Program-made: the position numbers and the translations under genes
Shown here: positions 1 to 11,135 of the stretch, piece after piece
How positions within the stretch are numbered: position 1 is the first letter of the stretch
Layout: every line of letters starts with the position of its first letter
Notes under the pieces: generated by a model
Seen by the model: only the letters and a program-made list of their open reading frames with translations
What the model was told of the DNA's origin: nothing
Databases searched by the model: none
Source of the DNA: Diplonema japonicum
Lineage: Eukaryota > Protista > Euglenozoa: Diplonemea
Reading direction: 5' to 3'
Assembly: GCA_964019335.1 (NCBI GenBank)
Contig: OZ025720.1
Span: 310,001-374,000 of the forward strand
DNA: 64,000 nucleotides

Positions 1-545
1 TTATGCCATACATCGAATACTCTTTACTCATTACTCTGTCAAAAGGAAAGAACAGCAGTCTTAAATTGCATCCGGGAGGTGGGGAGGGAGAAGAGAATGA
101 ATGAAAGCAAGAGAAAATGAATTTGGGGGGGGGGGGGGAGAGAGGGTACAAGAGTTGCGATAAAGAGTATTGTTGGGCTGCAGTACCCGTTACCCTTCAC
201 CCTTTCTCTTTTTAACGCGACGCCCCCAATTCATATTCTTGCTATCCCCGCCCTCTTATTTTTTTTCTCAGAAGCGTTAATGGGTGGTTGTCACCCCTGG
301 CCCATTTAGACCAAAGTCTTGAGACAGTTTTCAGGGAGGGGAAAATGGAAATGGAAAGATTCGAAATCGCGTAGAATGGCGCTTTTATTTCTTGTATTTC
401 CTATGATATCTTTGTGTGCTTGAAAGTATGTGCACAAGGGGCGGTGCTTTGTCTCCACAAACAACACCTTCCCATCGGATGTGCACCTCTCGCACTGCCC
501 CAACACAGCCCGGAACTGTGTTTCTGGAAATCTTCTGGTGGACAT

Positions 546-600
<55 letters not shown>

Positions 601-784
601 TGAGAACAAAAAAAAAAGTTCTCTTATGGAAAATTTGTGAAAAAAAAAAGAGACACAGATCCACTCTGTGCACTGTGATGATCATGAAAAAAAGTTTTTT
701 TTTTTGAGGGGCAATAATAATAATAATAAAAATTGGGGGAGGGAAAAAAAGATTTTTTTTTCCTCTTTTTTTTTCTTTTTTTTT

Positions 785-855
785 TTAACCTGCTTCCTTT
801 TTGGCCCGTCCTGTGGTCGATTTGAACGCAAGCAAGTCTTCAAGCAATTTTTTCT

Positions 856-909
<54 letters not shown>

Positions 910-2678
910 CTCTGCCCCAAAGAAAAAAACCAAACCTGCTCCGCCTCTGTTTCAAGCCCCAGTTGATCTTCATCAACACCGTCCACCTCGTCCTCCAGGA
1001 TGTCATCACCATGGTAGTCAATCACATCCTCACCGGACACCGTGATGAAGTCGTACCCTTTTTCGACCAAGAATTTTTGTCGTTTCGCACCAAAGTGAAC
1101 TTCATCTGAGTCCAGTGTCAACAGGGTGTAGAAGAAAGCGTCTGGTGAATCCTTTGGCGCGTCAGCATTGCGTTTCTTCGGTCGGGATACCCTGCCGAAT
1201 CGCTGGGTTTCTTGACATCTGGAGCCGAAATGAGCTCCCACCTCAATGATGACATTCGCTTCGGGGAGGTCGATTGAAGTATCACCAATCCTTGAGAAGA
1301 GGATGGTGGTCCCAACCTGCGAAAAGCGAAAACTGTTTAAAATTTCAATTTTTAAATTATCCTTGGTCGACCCCATTATCGCAGGCCGATCGAATGCGGT
1401 GGACATGTACTCCAGCACGAAAATAGAGTCGCAGAAAATTAACACCTTGTCGCCTTGACTCTCATGGAACTTCATGAGAGCCTCGCAACATCGCAGCTTA
1501 CCCGGATTGCACGTTGCGATCAATTCCCGTTTCTGCGAGGACCCCTTGAACGGTTTTTTTTTGAGCTCTTCGTAATGTTCCTTGAACAGTTCATTGAAAG
1601 CACAGCGGACTTCAACGCACCCGACCGAAGCGAGAAATCCCGCCTTTGTCAGCCTCGCCCATGAACCCTCCTCGTAAAATGTAATGGGTGAAATGAGATA
1701 CGGAAGGTTCGCCAGCTTGTTGTCTTCTCTCAGCGGTGTTGCGGTCAACCCTATGATACATTTCGCATTGAACCGGCCCATTGCCTTTGTGAATGTTTGT
1801 GTTGGAACGACATGAACTTCGTCGAGGATGACGAGGCCCCATTTTTTTACTTCGATTTGAAGCCTGCCGAGGTTGGATTTATCCATAGTTCCCCTGTCGG
1901 TTCCAAGGATGCTGTAGGTCGTGAAAACACAGTTGTCATCTTTGGTGAACTTTGTTTTGAGCGAGAAGACACCTTGCGTGAAACCGTGGTTGATGTTGCA
2001 GAACTGACGAAGCGACGCTTGCCATTGCGCGACAGATGTTAAAGAATTGCATATGATAAGAGTTGACTTGTTTATCTTAGCAGCCAGCGCAAGGCCTGTT
2101 AATGTTTTCCCAGACCCACATGGGAGAACCACCATCCCGGAGCCAGCGTACCCGTTGCTGCATATACGTGACAGAACCTCTTTTTGATGGTCGAATAGAG
2201 TTACGTTCGTTTTCAGGGAGATGTTCAAAGCTGGTGTTTTTGTGTCGCCAGCTGGTGTGTACCATGTGTTGAATGGTGCTTTTAAAGCAAGCTGTTTTGC
2301 TCTGTATTTCATGTAAAAGTCCGATTTGACCTTAACCGTTACAACACATGGAGGGGTGGGGGTGTCGATGCCTTCTTTTTCAGCAATCGCGACCACGAGC
2401 GGGTGCCATTCTTCTTCTGCTTCGTCTATTGCGTTTATCGATTTTAGGTATGAGAATATTTTGGCCAGTCCGGCTGGGTTTTTTGGTGATGCGGCTAGTT
2501 GGCATGTTCCCCCGGTGTGGATCACCGAGGGGTGCTCGTTGCACACCTTCAGAGGTGCGACATCTATTTCCTCCGTTTGCTTTGTTTTGCGCTTTTTAGC
2601 TGGGGGCATTGTCTCCTCCTCCTCTTCCTCCTCCTCTTCGTTGAAGAAATCTTCGAAATCGCTACATGTTTGTGGCAT
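785..2678 (-). CDS. XPB: XPB/ERCC3-family SF2 DNA helicase (TFIIH subunit-like), 2 exons (2678-936, 853-785), about 603 aa
   Basis: Motifs SGMVVLPCGSGKT, ILDEVH, GLTATPLRED, GDTSIDLPEANV, GSRCQETQRFGR. GT..AG intron 935-854 removes the poly-K frame and gives the ending EQKKLLEDLLAFKSTTGRAKKEAG*. Confidence 0.92.
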
Positions 2679-2803
2679 TTATTTCACCCCCTGAATTTGA
2701 TTTTTGATGGAATACAAAAATGAAAAAAAAATAATTAATAACACTATTTGTTGATGAAGTAAACACTTTTTTGGGAGAATCTAATAGGGGGGGGGAGGGG
2801 GTT

Positions 2804-3458
2804 CTACTTTTTGCTCTTCTTCTTTTTCTTCTTTTTTGGTGTTTCGTCTGCGGGGGGTGCGGATTCAGCCTCGGCCTCGGCCTCGGCCTTTGTTCGTTTC
2901 CCGCCCGATTTTTGCTTTTTCGCCGGTTTCGCAGGGGGTGGCGTGCTGCTGAGCTCCTGCATGGCCTTCTTAATCGCTTCTTCGTTGTCGTCCTCGTCAG
3001 CATCTGCCCAATCACCATCGTCTTCGTCATCACTTTCTTCTCCTATTTTTTTTTTTTTTTTTTTTTTAAACAATACCAAACTCATCCATGGCAGCCCCTT
3101 CTGTGAAGTACAGTTCGGTGTCCATCTCGAAGTATCCGGTGAGGTGGGTCACCTTGTCGCCTTCCTTGATGTTGAATGCTACCTTTTGCCCGTGGCCGAA
3201 CAACAGGTCCAGCGTCACCATGGGGTGGCCTGTAGATTTTCTTTTCTTTTTTTTTTTTTTTTTTTTTTTTGCGCGTTTCATACCCTTGTGCAGCATTGCA
3301 ATTATGTGCTCCTTTTCCTCAATGGTCACCGCGATGGAGACACCGCCGTCTTGCTTCATAACGTCCATGCAAGCCGCCGTGAGGTGCAGCCTCTTCCCTT
3401 TTGGGATCTGCACATCGTACGCAACACCGGGCTTCACCTTGAGCCCAAAGAAACTCAT
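2804..3458 (-). CDS. Nucleoplasmin-like (NPL/HD2/FKBP39-type) histone chaperone with acidic tract and Lys-rich tail; introns 3283-3230 and 3076-3043
   Basis: Start MSFFGLKVKPG resembles the NPL-domain FWG.EVKPG motif; RLHLTAAC and VTHLTGY also fit. Splicing two GT-AG introns joins ORFs 3066..3560 and 2804..3085 in frame, giving EESDDEDDGDW and a KKKKSKK tail. Confidence 0.75.
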
Positions 3459-3484
3459 TTTTTCTTCTTTTTTTTTCTCTCTCT

Positions 3485-3526
<42 letters not shown>

Positions 3527-3638
3527 AAAATAAAATTGAACAAAAACAAAAACAAAACAAAAAAAGGTGGTGTGGAAGGAAACTCCATCAACTAGAGGTT
3601 AGAAGTAGAACTGCTTTTTTTTTTTTTTTTTTCTCTCC

Positions 3639-4907
3639 TCAGTCATCGCTTTGCACAGCACCCCTCGCGTTCCATTTCAGTTTTGTCGTGATGCTCTCCA
3701 ACCAGTCCTTGTCGTTCTGCGTAGTTGTGAGAACGGGAAGGGGTTGGGGGGAACGGACAATGTCCACAGACTGCCCTGGAGCAAGAGATGCAAACGACCT
3801 CCCATCAGTCTGCACGTCGATAGTAAGCGGCCTCCCCCGCAAAGGCCGCGTCACCGTCAACCTTGCATGCTCATTAAGAACCAAAGGACGAAAACTGAGC
3901 GACGCCGGAGCTATGGGACTAACCATGATACACGGCACAGAGGGGGGTGCCACAGGACCGCCACATGACATGTTATACCCAGTAGATCCTGTCGCGGTGC
4001 TAACGATCAGCCCATCGCCTTCACACAATGTCACAAAATACCCATTAATCCAGATCTCCAGCTGAGCAATGACGGTGCCCCGCCCGATTATGGCTACCTC
4101 GTTCAACACATAATATTTTTTATCGGTCGAATTGGTAGTGCACTGCAGCCGTGTGCGGTATGTAGGTTCCATGCACGGAACCTGGGTCAGTGTTTCCCGC
4201 CATTTTGCGGTCGAAAAATTTGCGAGGAAGCCGAGGGAGCCCATGCTGAAAACGACGCAAGGTGGGAGTTCTTCCGTGTCGCTGCCGAGTAGACGGGAGA
4301 CGTGGAGCAGTGTCCCATCGCCTCCCACTGTTACAACTAGATCTAAATGGTTTTGAGAAGTTTGCGAAAACGCCCGAACATTGAGTCGGGACGGGAATTC
4401 AATTGGGTTCTCAACAAAAACCGTCACGTTGGCATTCCTGTACCACTCTGCTATGGTGATGGATATTGCAAGTGTTTTTGCAGACTGCCATTTCTTCACG
4501 ATAAAAACATTTTTAATCAGTCGCGGGATTACATGTGAGCGGGTTTCTTGCGCGGCAGGTCGCTGGGGCATTATGGAATTGGGTGCATTTAAACTCACGT
4601 AACCTTGTTCGTTTGTTTTTAAAATTGTGAGGATCAAGTTAATCACGCCTATAACCGGGGTGAAGCGAGACCCCACGCCACCCACAAGCACGGCCACCGT
4701 AGCAATGTCGAGAAATCGCGTTTTTCTTTTGAATTCTGCGAGGCCTAATATGCCTATAGATATGAGGGTGCCGGATATTTGTCTGCAAATGGAAATGGCC
4801 ACCTCCCTTCTATGATCTGTTTCCTGCTTTGTTCGGGCGAGTACGTTCCAAATGCAACCAGCTACTACTGCAATGCGGCAGTACACCCCCAACTCTTTTT
4901 CACGCAT
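3639..4907 (-). CDS. NAD+ kinase with hydrophobic N-terminal extension
   Basis: NADK signatures VVTVGGDGTLL, GSLGFL, VLNE and GDGLIVSTATGSTGYNMSCGGP. Confidence 0.92.
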   Translation of the reverse strand: MREKELGVYCRIAVVAGCIWNVLARTKQETDHRREVAISICRQISGTLISIGILGLAEFKRKTRFLDIATVAVLVGGVGSRFTPVIGVINLILTILKTNEQGYVSLNAPNSIMPQRPAAQETRSHVIPRLIKNVFIVKKWQSAKTLAISITIAEWYRNANVTVFVENPIEFPSRLNVRAFSQTSQNHLDLVVTVGGDGTLLHVSRLLGSDTEELPPCVVFSMGSLGFLANFSTAKWRETLTQVPCMEPTYRTRLQCTTNSTDKKYYVLNEVAIIGRGTVIAQLEIWINGYFVTLCEGDGLIVSTATGSTGYNMSCGGPVAPPSVPCIMVSPIAPASLSFRPLVLNEHARLTVTRPLRGRPLTIDVQTDGRSFASLAPGQSVDIVRSPQPLPVLTTTQNDKDWLESITTKLKWNARGAVQSDD

Positions 4908-5787
4908 TTTTTTTTTCCCCCTCTTCCTTCCCTTCTTTTTTTTTAATTTAAGATGGCAATGTGGTGTGGCAAAATGTTGGGGGGGGGGGTTTTTATAAAA
5001 TGAAAAAATCTCATGGTGAAAAGAAAAAAGAATATTTGGATGAGGGGGGGGGGGGACAAAAAAATGGGGGGGTTTTAATTTCTTTTTCTTCTTCCCCCCC
5101 TTTCCCCCCTTTTTTTTTCTTTTTGTAATAAAATAAAATAGTGAGTGTTGGCAAAAAAAAAGTTTTAATATTTACACCCTAGCCGTTAGTAGCTGTGTTC
5201 AGACTCCCCCCCCCCCCCCCCCCCCCTCCCGCAATTGGTCAAATAAAAGAAAAAAAAAAGAATCGGCAAGTGCTCTTTTTTTTTTGGTTGTGCACAGGAG
5301 TCTGAAGATATATATATATATATATATATTTTGTGTTCCGAATAGCACTGCCAACAATTCTTCCTTTTTTTTTTCTCTCTCATGAAACAGAGGAAAAAAG
5401 AAAAAAAAGAACTGGTTTTTCCGCAGAAGTATTACTTTAGTTTGATTGCCCCCCCCCCCCCCCCCCCCCCATTCAAAATCAACAGGGATAACTAGCACCA
5501 ACGACATTTATCGGAAAGTAAAAGGAAAAAAGAGAAAAAAGCGTAGGGGTAAAGCAGTGGTTTGGACTGTGAACTAAAATATATACTGCTAAAGGGGACG
5601 GGGGGGTTCCAGAAACCAGCCAAAAAATTCCCCGCCATTTGTTTTTTTTTTTTTGAATTTTTTTTTTTTAATTTCCGCCGAGGGTTTTCCCTTTTGCAGT
5701 AAGAACAGAGGGGGTCCGAAAAAAAAAAAAGAGAAAAAAAACAACAAGAACTATGGAACTACAGTAAAAAAGTTGTCTCGATTTTAG

Positions 5788-6076
5788 TGGTGCCATGCAG
5801 TATGTGACACAGCGGCCACCCTTGTGAAACTTCGCCCCGAAGCCTCCCAAGTCCCCGTCAGACCTGGTGAAGCCACCTCCTTGTTCGATGTAATGGGATA
5901 AGGGACTCTCCGTTGAGGGCGATGCTAACTGGCGCCACGCGTAGGGTGGGCTCTCCACCCCCGTCCAGGTTTCCCCACGTGTACGGCTTTAGAACGAGAG
6001 TTTCCCTTTCGCTTGTGTTTCTCCAAACCACAATTACCAGGAACCACCACAGGGAGGTTGGAAACATTGGTCCCCC
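5788..6076 (-). other. GC-rich island behind a polypyrimidine-AG site: candidate structured ncRNA or 69-aa small ORF (6067-5858)
   Basis: Complex sequence amid homopolymers, with several nested helices visible by eye. A long pyrimidine tract and AG lie about 8 nt before an ATG. Confidence 0.3.
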
Positions 6077-7077
6077 TAAAAAAAAAAAAAAAGAAGAAAA
6101 GAAGAAAAAAAGAAAAAAAAAAGGAAGAAGAAAAAATTTTTAAAAAAATCTTTTTTTTTTTTTGCATTGCTTGCATTCCTCGTAGGGCTCGTAGGGCGAA
6201 CTATTCTTTTCTTTATTCCTTCTCTCTCTCCCCCTCTCTTTTTTTCCTTTTTGCAGACCAACATTGGGTGGGAAATCCGGGGGGGGGGGGTGAAAATATT
6301 ATTACAGTTTGAAATTGAAAAATCTTTGCGCCCAATGTTTATAATATTCTCTCTTTTTTTTTTTTTTTTTACCAGTACCAAAAGATAACAGTCATCCCTC
6401 ACCCCGTAACCCATTTAACTTTTTTTTTCCTCTTTTTTTTCTTCTTCCTTTTTCGTAATTTCTTCTTTTTAGTTCTTTAGAACCGAAAAAAAAAAAAAAA
6501 AAAGATGGGGAGAGGACGCCCCGTACACGCAAGTAGGAATATCATGAAGAATTTCTTTTTCTGTCATATCAAAAAAAAAAAAACTTTTTTCTTTTTTTTC
6601 TTCTTCTTCACCCCCTTCACCTTCGGGGTTGCTAAATATATTTTCAATATATCAATGGGTAAGGATTCTCATGACCAAAAAGGTTCAAGGGATTTGGCAC
6701 TGTTTTGAGAAGTTTGCCCTGACAAAATATATTTCTTTTTGGAAACAGTGTGTGTGTTTTCCCCCCCTTTTTTCTTCTTTCATCATCCATATCCTCACAG
6801 TTTTCTCGTTTCCGCAATGTTCCTTCCTGTCATAGGGTGGGGTGTCGCAAAAAAAAAAAAAAAAGGAATCCTTTCTTCCCCAGCAGAAAATGGGGAGAAA
6901 AAAAAGGGGGGGGGGGGAAACAACGGCCTTCAGGGATAAGGGTGGGTGTAGGAAACTATGAGATTTCTTTTTCTTTGGGGGGGTGCTTTCTTCTTTTCTT
7001 TCTTTTTTTTTTTGTTTGGAACAATTTTTTTTTTTTTAAAGTTAAAGTGTGGTGTGTGTGCTCCCTAACTAGGAAGG

Positions 7078-7111
<34 letters not shown>

Positions 7112-7247
7112 AAATTCCCAAGAAAAGAGGGAAATCGCAAACGTGTTCTTCTTCTTCTTCTTCTTTTTTTTTCCTTTGCCTCATATCGAAAGTGCAGCAA
7201 AGCCTAAGAGGGTTCCAGGAGGATTCAAAAAAAAAAGGGGGCCTGAA

Positions 7248-7280
<33 letters not shown>

Positions 7281-7367
7281 ACGCTTTAAGAACTACTTAC
7301 ATTTGGAGACATGCTCTTTTATTTTTTTATTTCACTCTTCGTCATTTTCTTCACTCACTAGGGGCCT

Positions 7368-7475
7368 CATTATTTAACGCGAAATCGCCATTATTTAACG
7401 CGAAATCGCCATTATTTAACGCGAAATCGCCATTATTTAACTAGTTAAATAATGAGATTTTGCAGTTAAATAATG
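7368..7475. repeat. 21-bp tandem repeat (CATTATTTAACGCGAAATCGC x3.5) folding back into a 24-bp palindrome and a degenerate inverted copy
   Basis: Units start at 7368, 7389, 7410 and 7431. Perfect palindrome CATTATTTAACTAGTTAAATAATG at 7431-7454; further GTTAAATAATG at 7465-7475. Confidence 0.95.
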
Positions 7476-7718
7476 GCCATTCAGAGTGAAAAAATGGGTC
7501 TCGTCGTGAAAAAAATGTACCCACCCCCTTGAAAAACTTTTTTGGGGTGGGGGTATTTTGACTATTTTTGGCCATCTGAGGCCATTCCAGCCCTTAAAAG
7601 TGGGAATAAGCGCTTTACTTCCCCTTTAAATGCCATAGCGAAATTGCCACCCCCATATCACCTTAGGGAAATTTCAGCAAAAAAACCACCTAACAGCACT
7701 ACAAATCGCATCGCAATC

Positions 7719-8855
7719 ATGCCAAAAGTTAAAAAGTGTTCGAACTGGGAAGAAAAACTCCCCAGGAAGTCAGCTGAGATTTACAAAACAGCATGGGAAA
7801 ACTTCTGGTCCAAGCATACGAAGCCGAAAGAAGCTGATGCCATCTCCTATCTTAAGCAGAAACTTGCTGATGGGTACAGCTGTGGCACCGCGTGGACGCT
7901 GTATAGCCAAATCCGGGCTGTCTTCGTTGCAATTTATGGGGCTGATGAAAAGGAGTGGAAAGAGCTCAAACTCTTTTTGAAGAGGTCGGAATCCTCCACG
8001 ACCCGGGTTGTCAAAAAAGCTGAGGTATTCAACATGGAGGACCTCTCTACGTTGCTCACCCTCGAATGCCCTGAGCATATGAAGGCCAACGTTTTTACCG
8101 TGAACAGAGCAATGTTTGTTTGTGGTTATTACGGGGGGTTGAGGGGGGAAGAGCTGTACGAGCTAGAGTACTCTAAGGTGTCGCAAGACGACTACGGCTT
8201 CTGGTTCTGCTTCCAGCGCAAGAAACAGCGTGGACCTCCGGAGCTTTCGACCTTTTTAGTGCCGAAGGGACTCGCAGCCGATGTTTTCAACATCTATTTT
8301 TCCTCTGTTGACGACAAGAAACCGTTCCTTTGGAGGGCAGCCCATACACAGAACGGGTCGAAGGGGTTTGTTGCGTCCAGGTTAGGGATCAACACCGTGA
8401 GGAACGTCACCAAAGTAGTGGCCAGCCTGCTAGGCAAGAGCTGCCCGTCGAAGTACACTTCGCATTCGATGAGGAGGAGTGCCGCTACAGCTGCTTGTGA
8501 AGGGGGCGCCGACATAGCAACGCTGATGAAATTTTTTAGCTGGAACTCGGTTTCAGTACCCCAGGGCTACATCGACAAAAGCAAAAAGCTGATTAGGACT
8601 GTGTCGCAGCAGCTGAACATTCCTTGCCTGCCCTCACAACAGCAGCCTGGAAATCCTGCCTTGGTTCCCAACACACAACAGCCTGGACTGCCACAGCCCG
8701 CCCCCAACAGTGTCCAACCGGGTCAAACTATCTATTTCTCAAATATTAGCGACTACGTCACAATCAATATCAACAATAACCAAATGCCTGTCCCCCCCCA
8801 AAAAAAAGTTGACCCGTGTGAGGAAAGCAGCGGTGAAAGCAGTGAGAGTGAGTGA
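7719..8855 (+). CDS. Tyrosine recombinase (phage-integrase fold), 378 aa from first ATG
   Basis: Catalytic residues in order: GLRGEE (R), RKKQ (K), SHSMRR (HxxR), FSWNS (W), QGYI (Y). N-terminal core-binding region YSCGTAWTLYS. Intronless, no stops. Confidence 0.9.
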   Translation: MPKVKKCSNWEEKLPRKSAEIYKTAWENFWSKHTKPKEADAISYLKQKLADGYSCGTAWTLYSQIRAVFVAIYGADEKEWKELKLFLKRSESSTTRVVKKAEVFNMEDLSTLLTLECPEHMKANVFTVNRAMFVCGYYGGLRGEELYELEYSKVSQDDYGFWFCFQRKKQRGPPELSTFLVPKGLAADVFNIYFSSVDDKKPFLWRAAHTQNGSKGFVASRLGINTVRNVTKVVASLLGKSCPSKYTSHSMRRSAATAACEGGADIATLMKFFSWNSVSVPQGYIDKSKKLIRTVSQQLNIPCLPSQQQPGNPALVPNTQQPGLPQPAPNSVQPGQTIYFSNISDYVTININNNQMPVPPQKKVDPCEESSGESSESE

Positions 8856-9126
8856 GAGTGAGTGACTCAAATGACGAAGAGTGAAATAAAACGACTTACT
8901 TGCGGGCCCTCGTGCAAAAAATTCGGGAACTCGAGTTAAATTATGACTCATTATTTGTTGGCAATAAATAGTTATTTTTTAATTTCCTCCTTTTTTTTTT
9001 GTTCCCCTTTTTTTTTTCCTTCCCAGACCTACGTATTTTAATATACAAAAAAAAGGGGGGTAGCACAAACTGCTTTTTATACACTCCCCCCCCCCCCCCC
9101 CCCGAGAAGCAAAAATCTTTTTTTTT

Positions 9127-9705
9127 TTAATCACCGCTTTGTTGAATAACAGACTGCCTCCGCCCGCTTGACATCCTCGCTGCGTCGATCCCTTGTTCTC
9201 TTGCTTCTTGTCTGATTGCTTTTTCCTTACGCGCCCATCTGAGTAAAAAAAAAAAAAAAAAAAATTATGACGAATGATGTGAGGATTCCCTCCTCCAGTT
9301 GCTTAAAGTAAATGACCGGGGGAGAGGGGGTAAGCTCATACTCAAGTAACAAGTTTACCTTGGCATCCCCCTCAGGGTGTGAACCAAGGAGGTACACCAG
9401 CATATCTTCCATGAGTTGCTGCAACCCTTTTTCCTTGATGTACCCTTCATTTTCCTTTACCACCTTATCTATGGCCGAGGCCACGATGCTGGAGGCATCA
9501 GGATCTGAGGTCTGGGTCGTGGTATTGGGAAGTTGCTCGGGCTTTGGAGGGTTTTTTTTTTTGCCGTAAAAAAAAAAAAAAAAAAAAAAAAAAGGGGAAA
9601 AAAAAAAAGAAAAAAAAAGAGAGAGACTGGTTTACAGCCAGAGACCCCCCCCCCCCCATGGGAAACCCGTTCGGAAAGGGGAAATTTTCTTTTTGACACC
9701 CCACC

Positions 9706-9737
<32 letters not shown>

Positions 9738-11135
9738 CAAATACCTCAGCCTGAGCTGGCAACTGCCGGCGTTTCAACTTGGCACCCATTGGCGAGGCCG
9801 CAAATTCCGCATCGTCAGCTACGCCATCCATTTCTATAGTATTTTTATTTTTTTTTTTTTAAATTTTAAAACCACACACCGTCAACCCCGTTCAAAGTGT
9901 TCAGCTTCAACGCCTTCTTCGACTTCATAGAAGGCGACGCAGGAGGGGAAAGATCGAACCCACTGATATCAGTATCAAGTTCCAAGCTCAACATTTTCGC
10001 CTTAAGGTTTTTTTTCTTTCTCAAAAAAAAAACCCCCCCCCCATACCTTTTCAGGCACCGCCAAACCCTCTCCAAAGGTACGCGGTCCTCTTTTAGGCAA
10101 CGGGCTGAAGGAATCATCAATGAGTGATTCAGGAGAGGACATGCCTTCCTCATGCGCACCGCCGGAAAGATCGACCCGGAGCCCTGCCGAAGGGCTGCCG
10201 GTTTTTCTGTCAAAACCGATTCCTGAAGCGTGGTGTGCGGACTGAGACAGCATCTGGGCGTTTAAAACAACAGCAGCCTCGCCTGCAGAAGAGTGCTTCC
10301 TTCCCGTGGCGACCCAAGCATGGGTTTTGATATCTTCAAGCCCGAACCTACCGGACCCGTCCACACGTTTCCACTCAGGGTTCAGAGTTTGGACGAGAAG
10401 ATCCTGAACAGGGAGGGGAACTGCTCCTAACTTAGCAATATCGTTCACATCGGTAGGCGGCGGCGAGCCTGTTAACATAAAGTGAACAACGCTTGCGACA
10501 GAATACACATCTGCTTGTTTACCATGGTATTGCTGGTCATCATCACCTTCCTTAAGCTCAGGCGCGGTATAATTGGAATCAAGCCCAACAGGGCGGGTGG
10601 TCAATAATGCTCTGGAAGACTGCAGACAAGCGTGTTGAAACCCAGCAAGTCTGATGGACTCTCCGTCTTCGTCCAGCAGAATTGTGGAGGGAGAAATATT
10701 ACGGTGTGCTAAACCCCGGGAATGGACGTAAGAGGTCGCAGAAAGAATTTGGTTCAAAATGGTGCAGGTTTTCATGGCGTCAATCTTGCCACCGTTTTCT
10801 TGAACGTACTTTGCCAGGGTGGTGTTGCATCGTTCTGTCAAAACGTATGTTTTGTCCTCAGATGCGAAGACCTGGAACAGTTTCAGGACGTGCCTGTGGT
10901 CCAGAAGCTTTAAGACACCAATTTCGTTGTTGAGGAGCTCCTTAACAGTGGAGTCTTTTGCGAGCTCGTTCTGGAGGATAACCCACACGTTCAGGTCGTT
11001 GCCGTCGCTGTCCTTGGCACACTTTACTTTTATACACCCGTGCTTCTCTTCCACTGTTTCATTGAGAGTGAACACTAGTTGGTGTGTCCGTCTCGCGCCT
11101 GGTAAAGATACATTGAATGTTACAGTATCGGTGCT

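Larger units (their letters stand above)
7325..8977 (+). mobile_element. Tyrosine-recombinase DNA element (Crypton-like), apparently intact; exact ends uncertain
   Basis: Single YR ORF bracketed by 35-bp inverted repeats (7325-7359 and 8857-8891, 3 mismatches). CATTATTTAAC-type boxes occur at both ends. No RT or RNase H. Opposite strand to all host genes. Confidence 0.75.

Noticed and set aside
306-685. 79-aa ORF 545-306, possibly with an upstream mini-exon from 685
   Set aside because: It has an A-run before the ATG like real genes, but there is no recognisable motif and several frames are equally plausible.
5290-5910. RNase P/MRP RNA based on AGGUCUGA, GAGAGUCCC and UUCAGACU words
   Set aside because: Order and spacing do not fit the P4 pseudoknot, and the pieces are separated by homopolymer DNA.
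5761-6067. Selenoprotein by UGA read-through at 5860-5858
   Set aside because: The extended peptide has no redox-motif context and I see no SECIS-like element downstream.
7368-7475. 21-bp repeats as a CRISPR array
   Set aside because: Units are contiguous with no unique spacers, and there are no cas genes in this eukaryotic context.
9227-9345. Non-canonical intron or separate small ORF (9227..9484) at the kinase 3' end
   Set aside because: A canonical GTATG..CAG intron 9341-9239 gives a clean frame to the stop at 9127.
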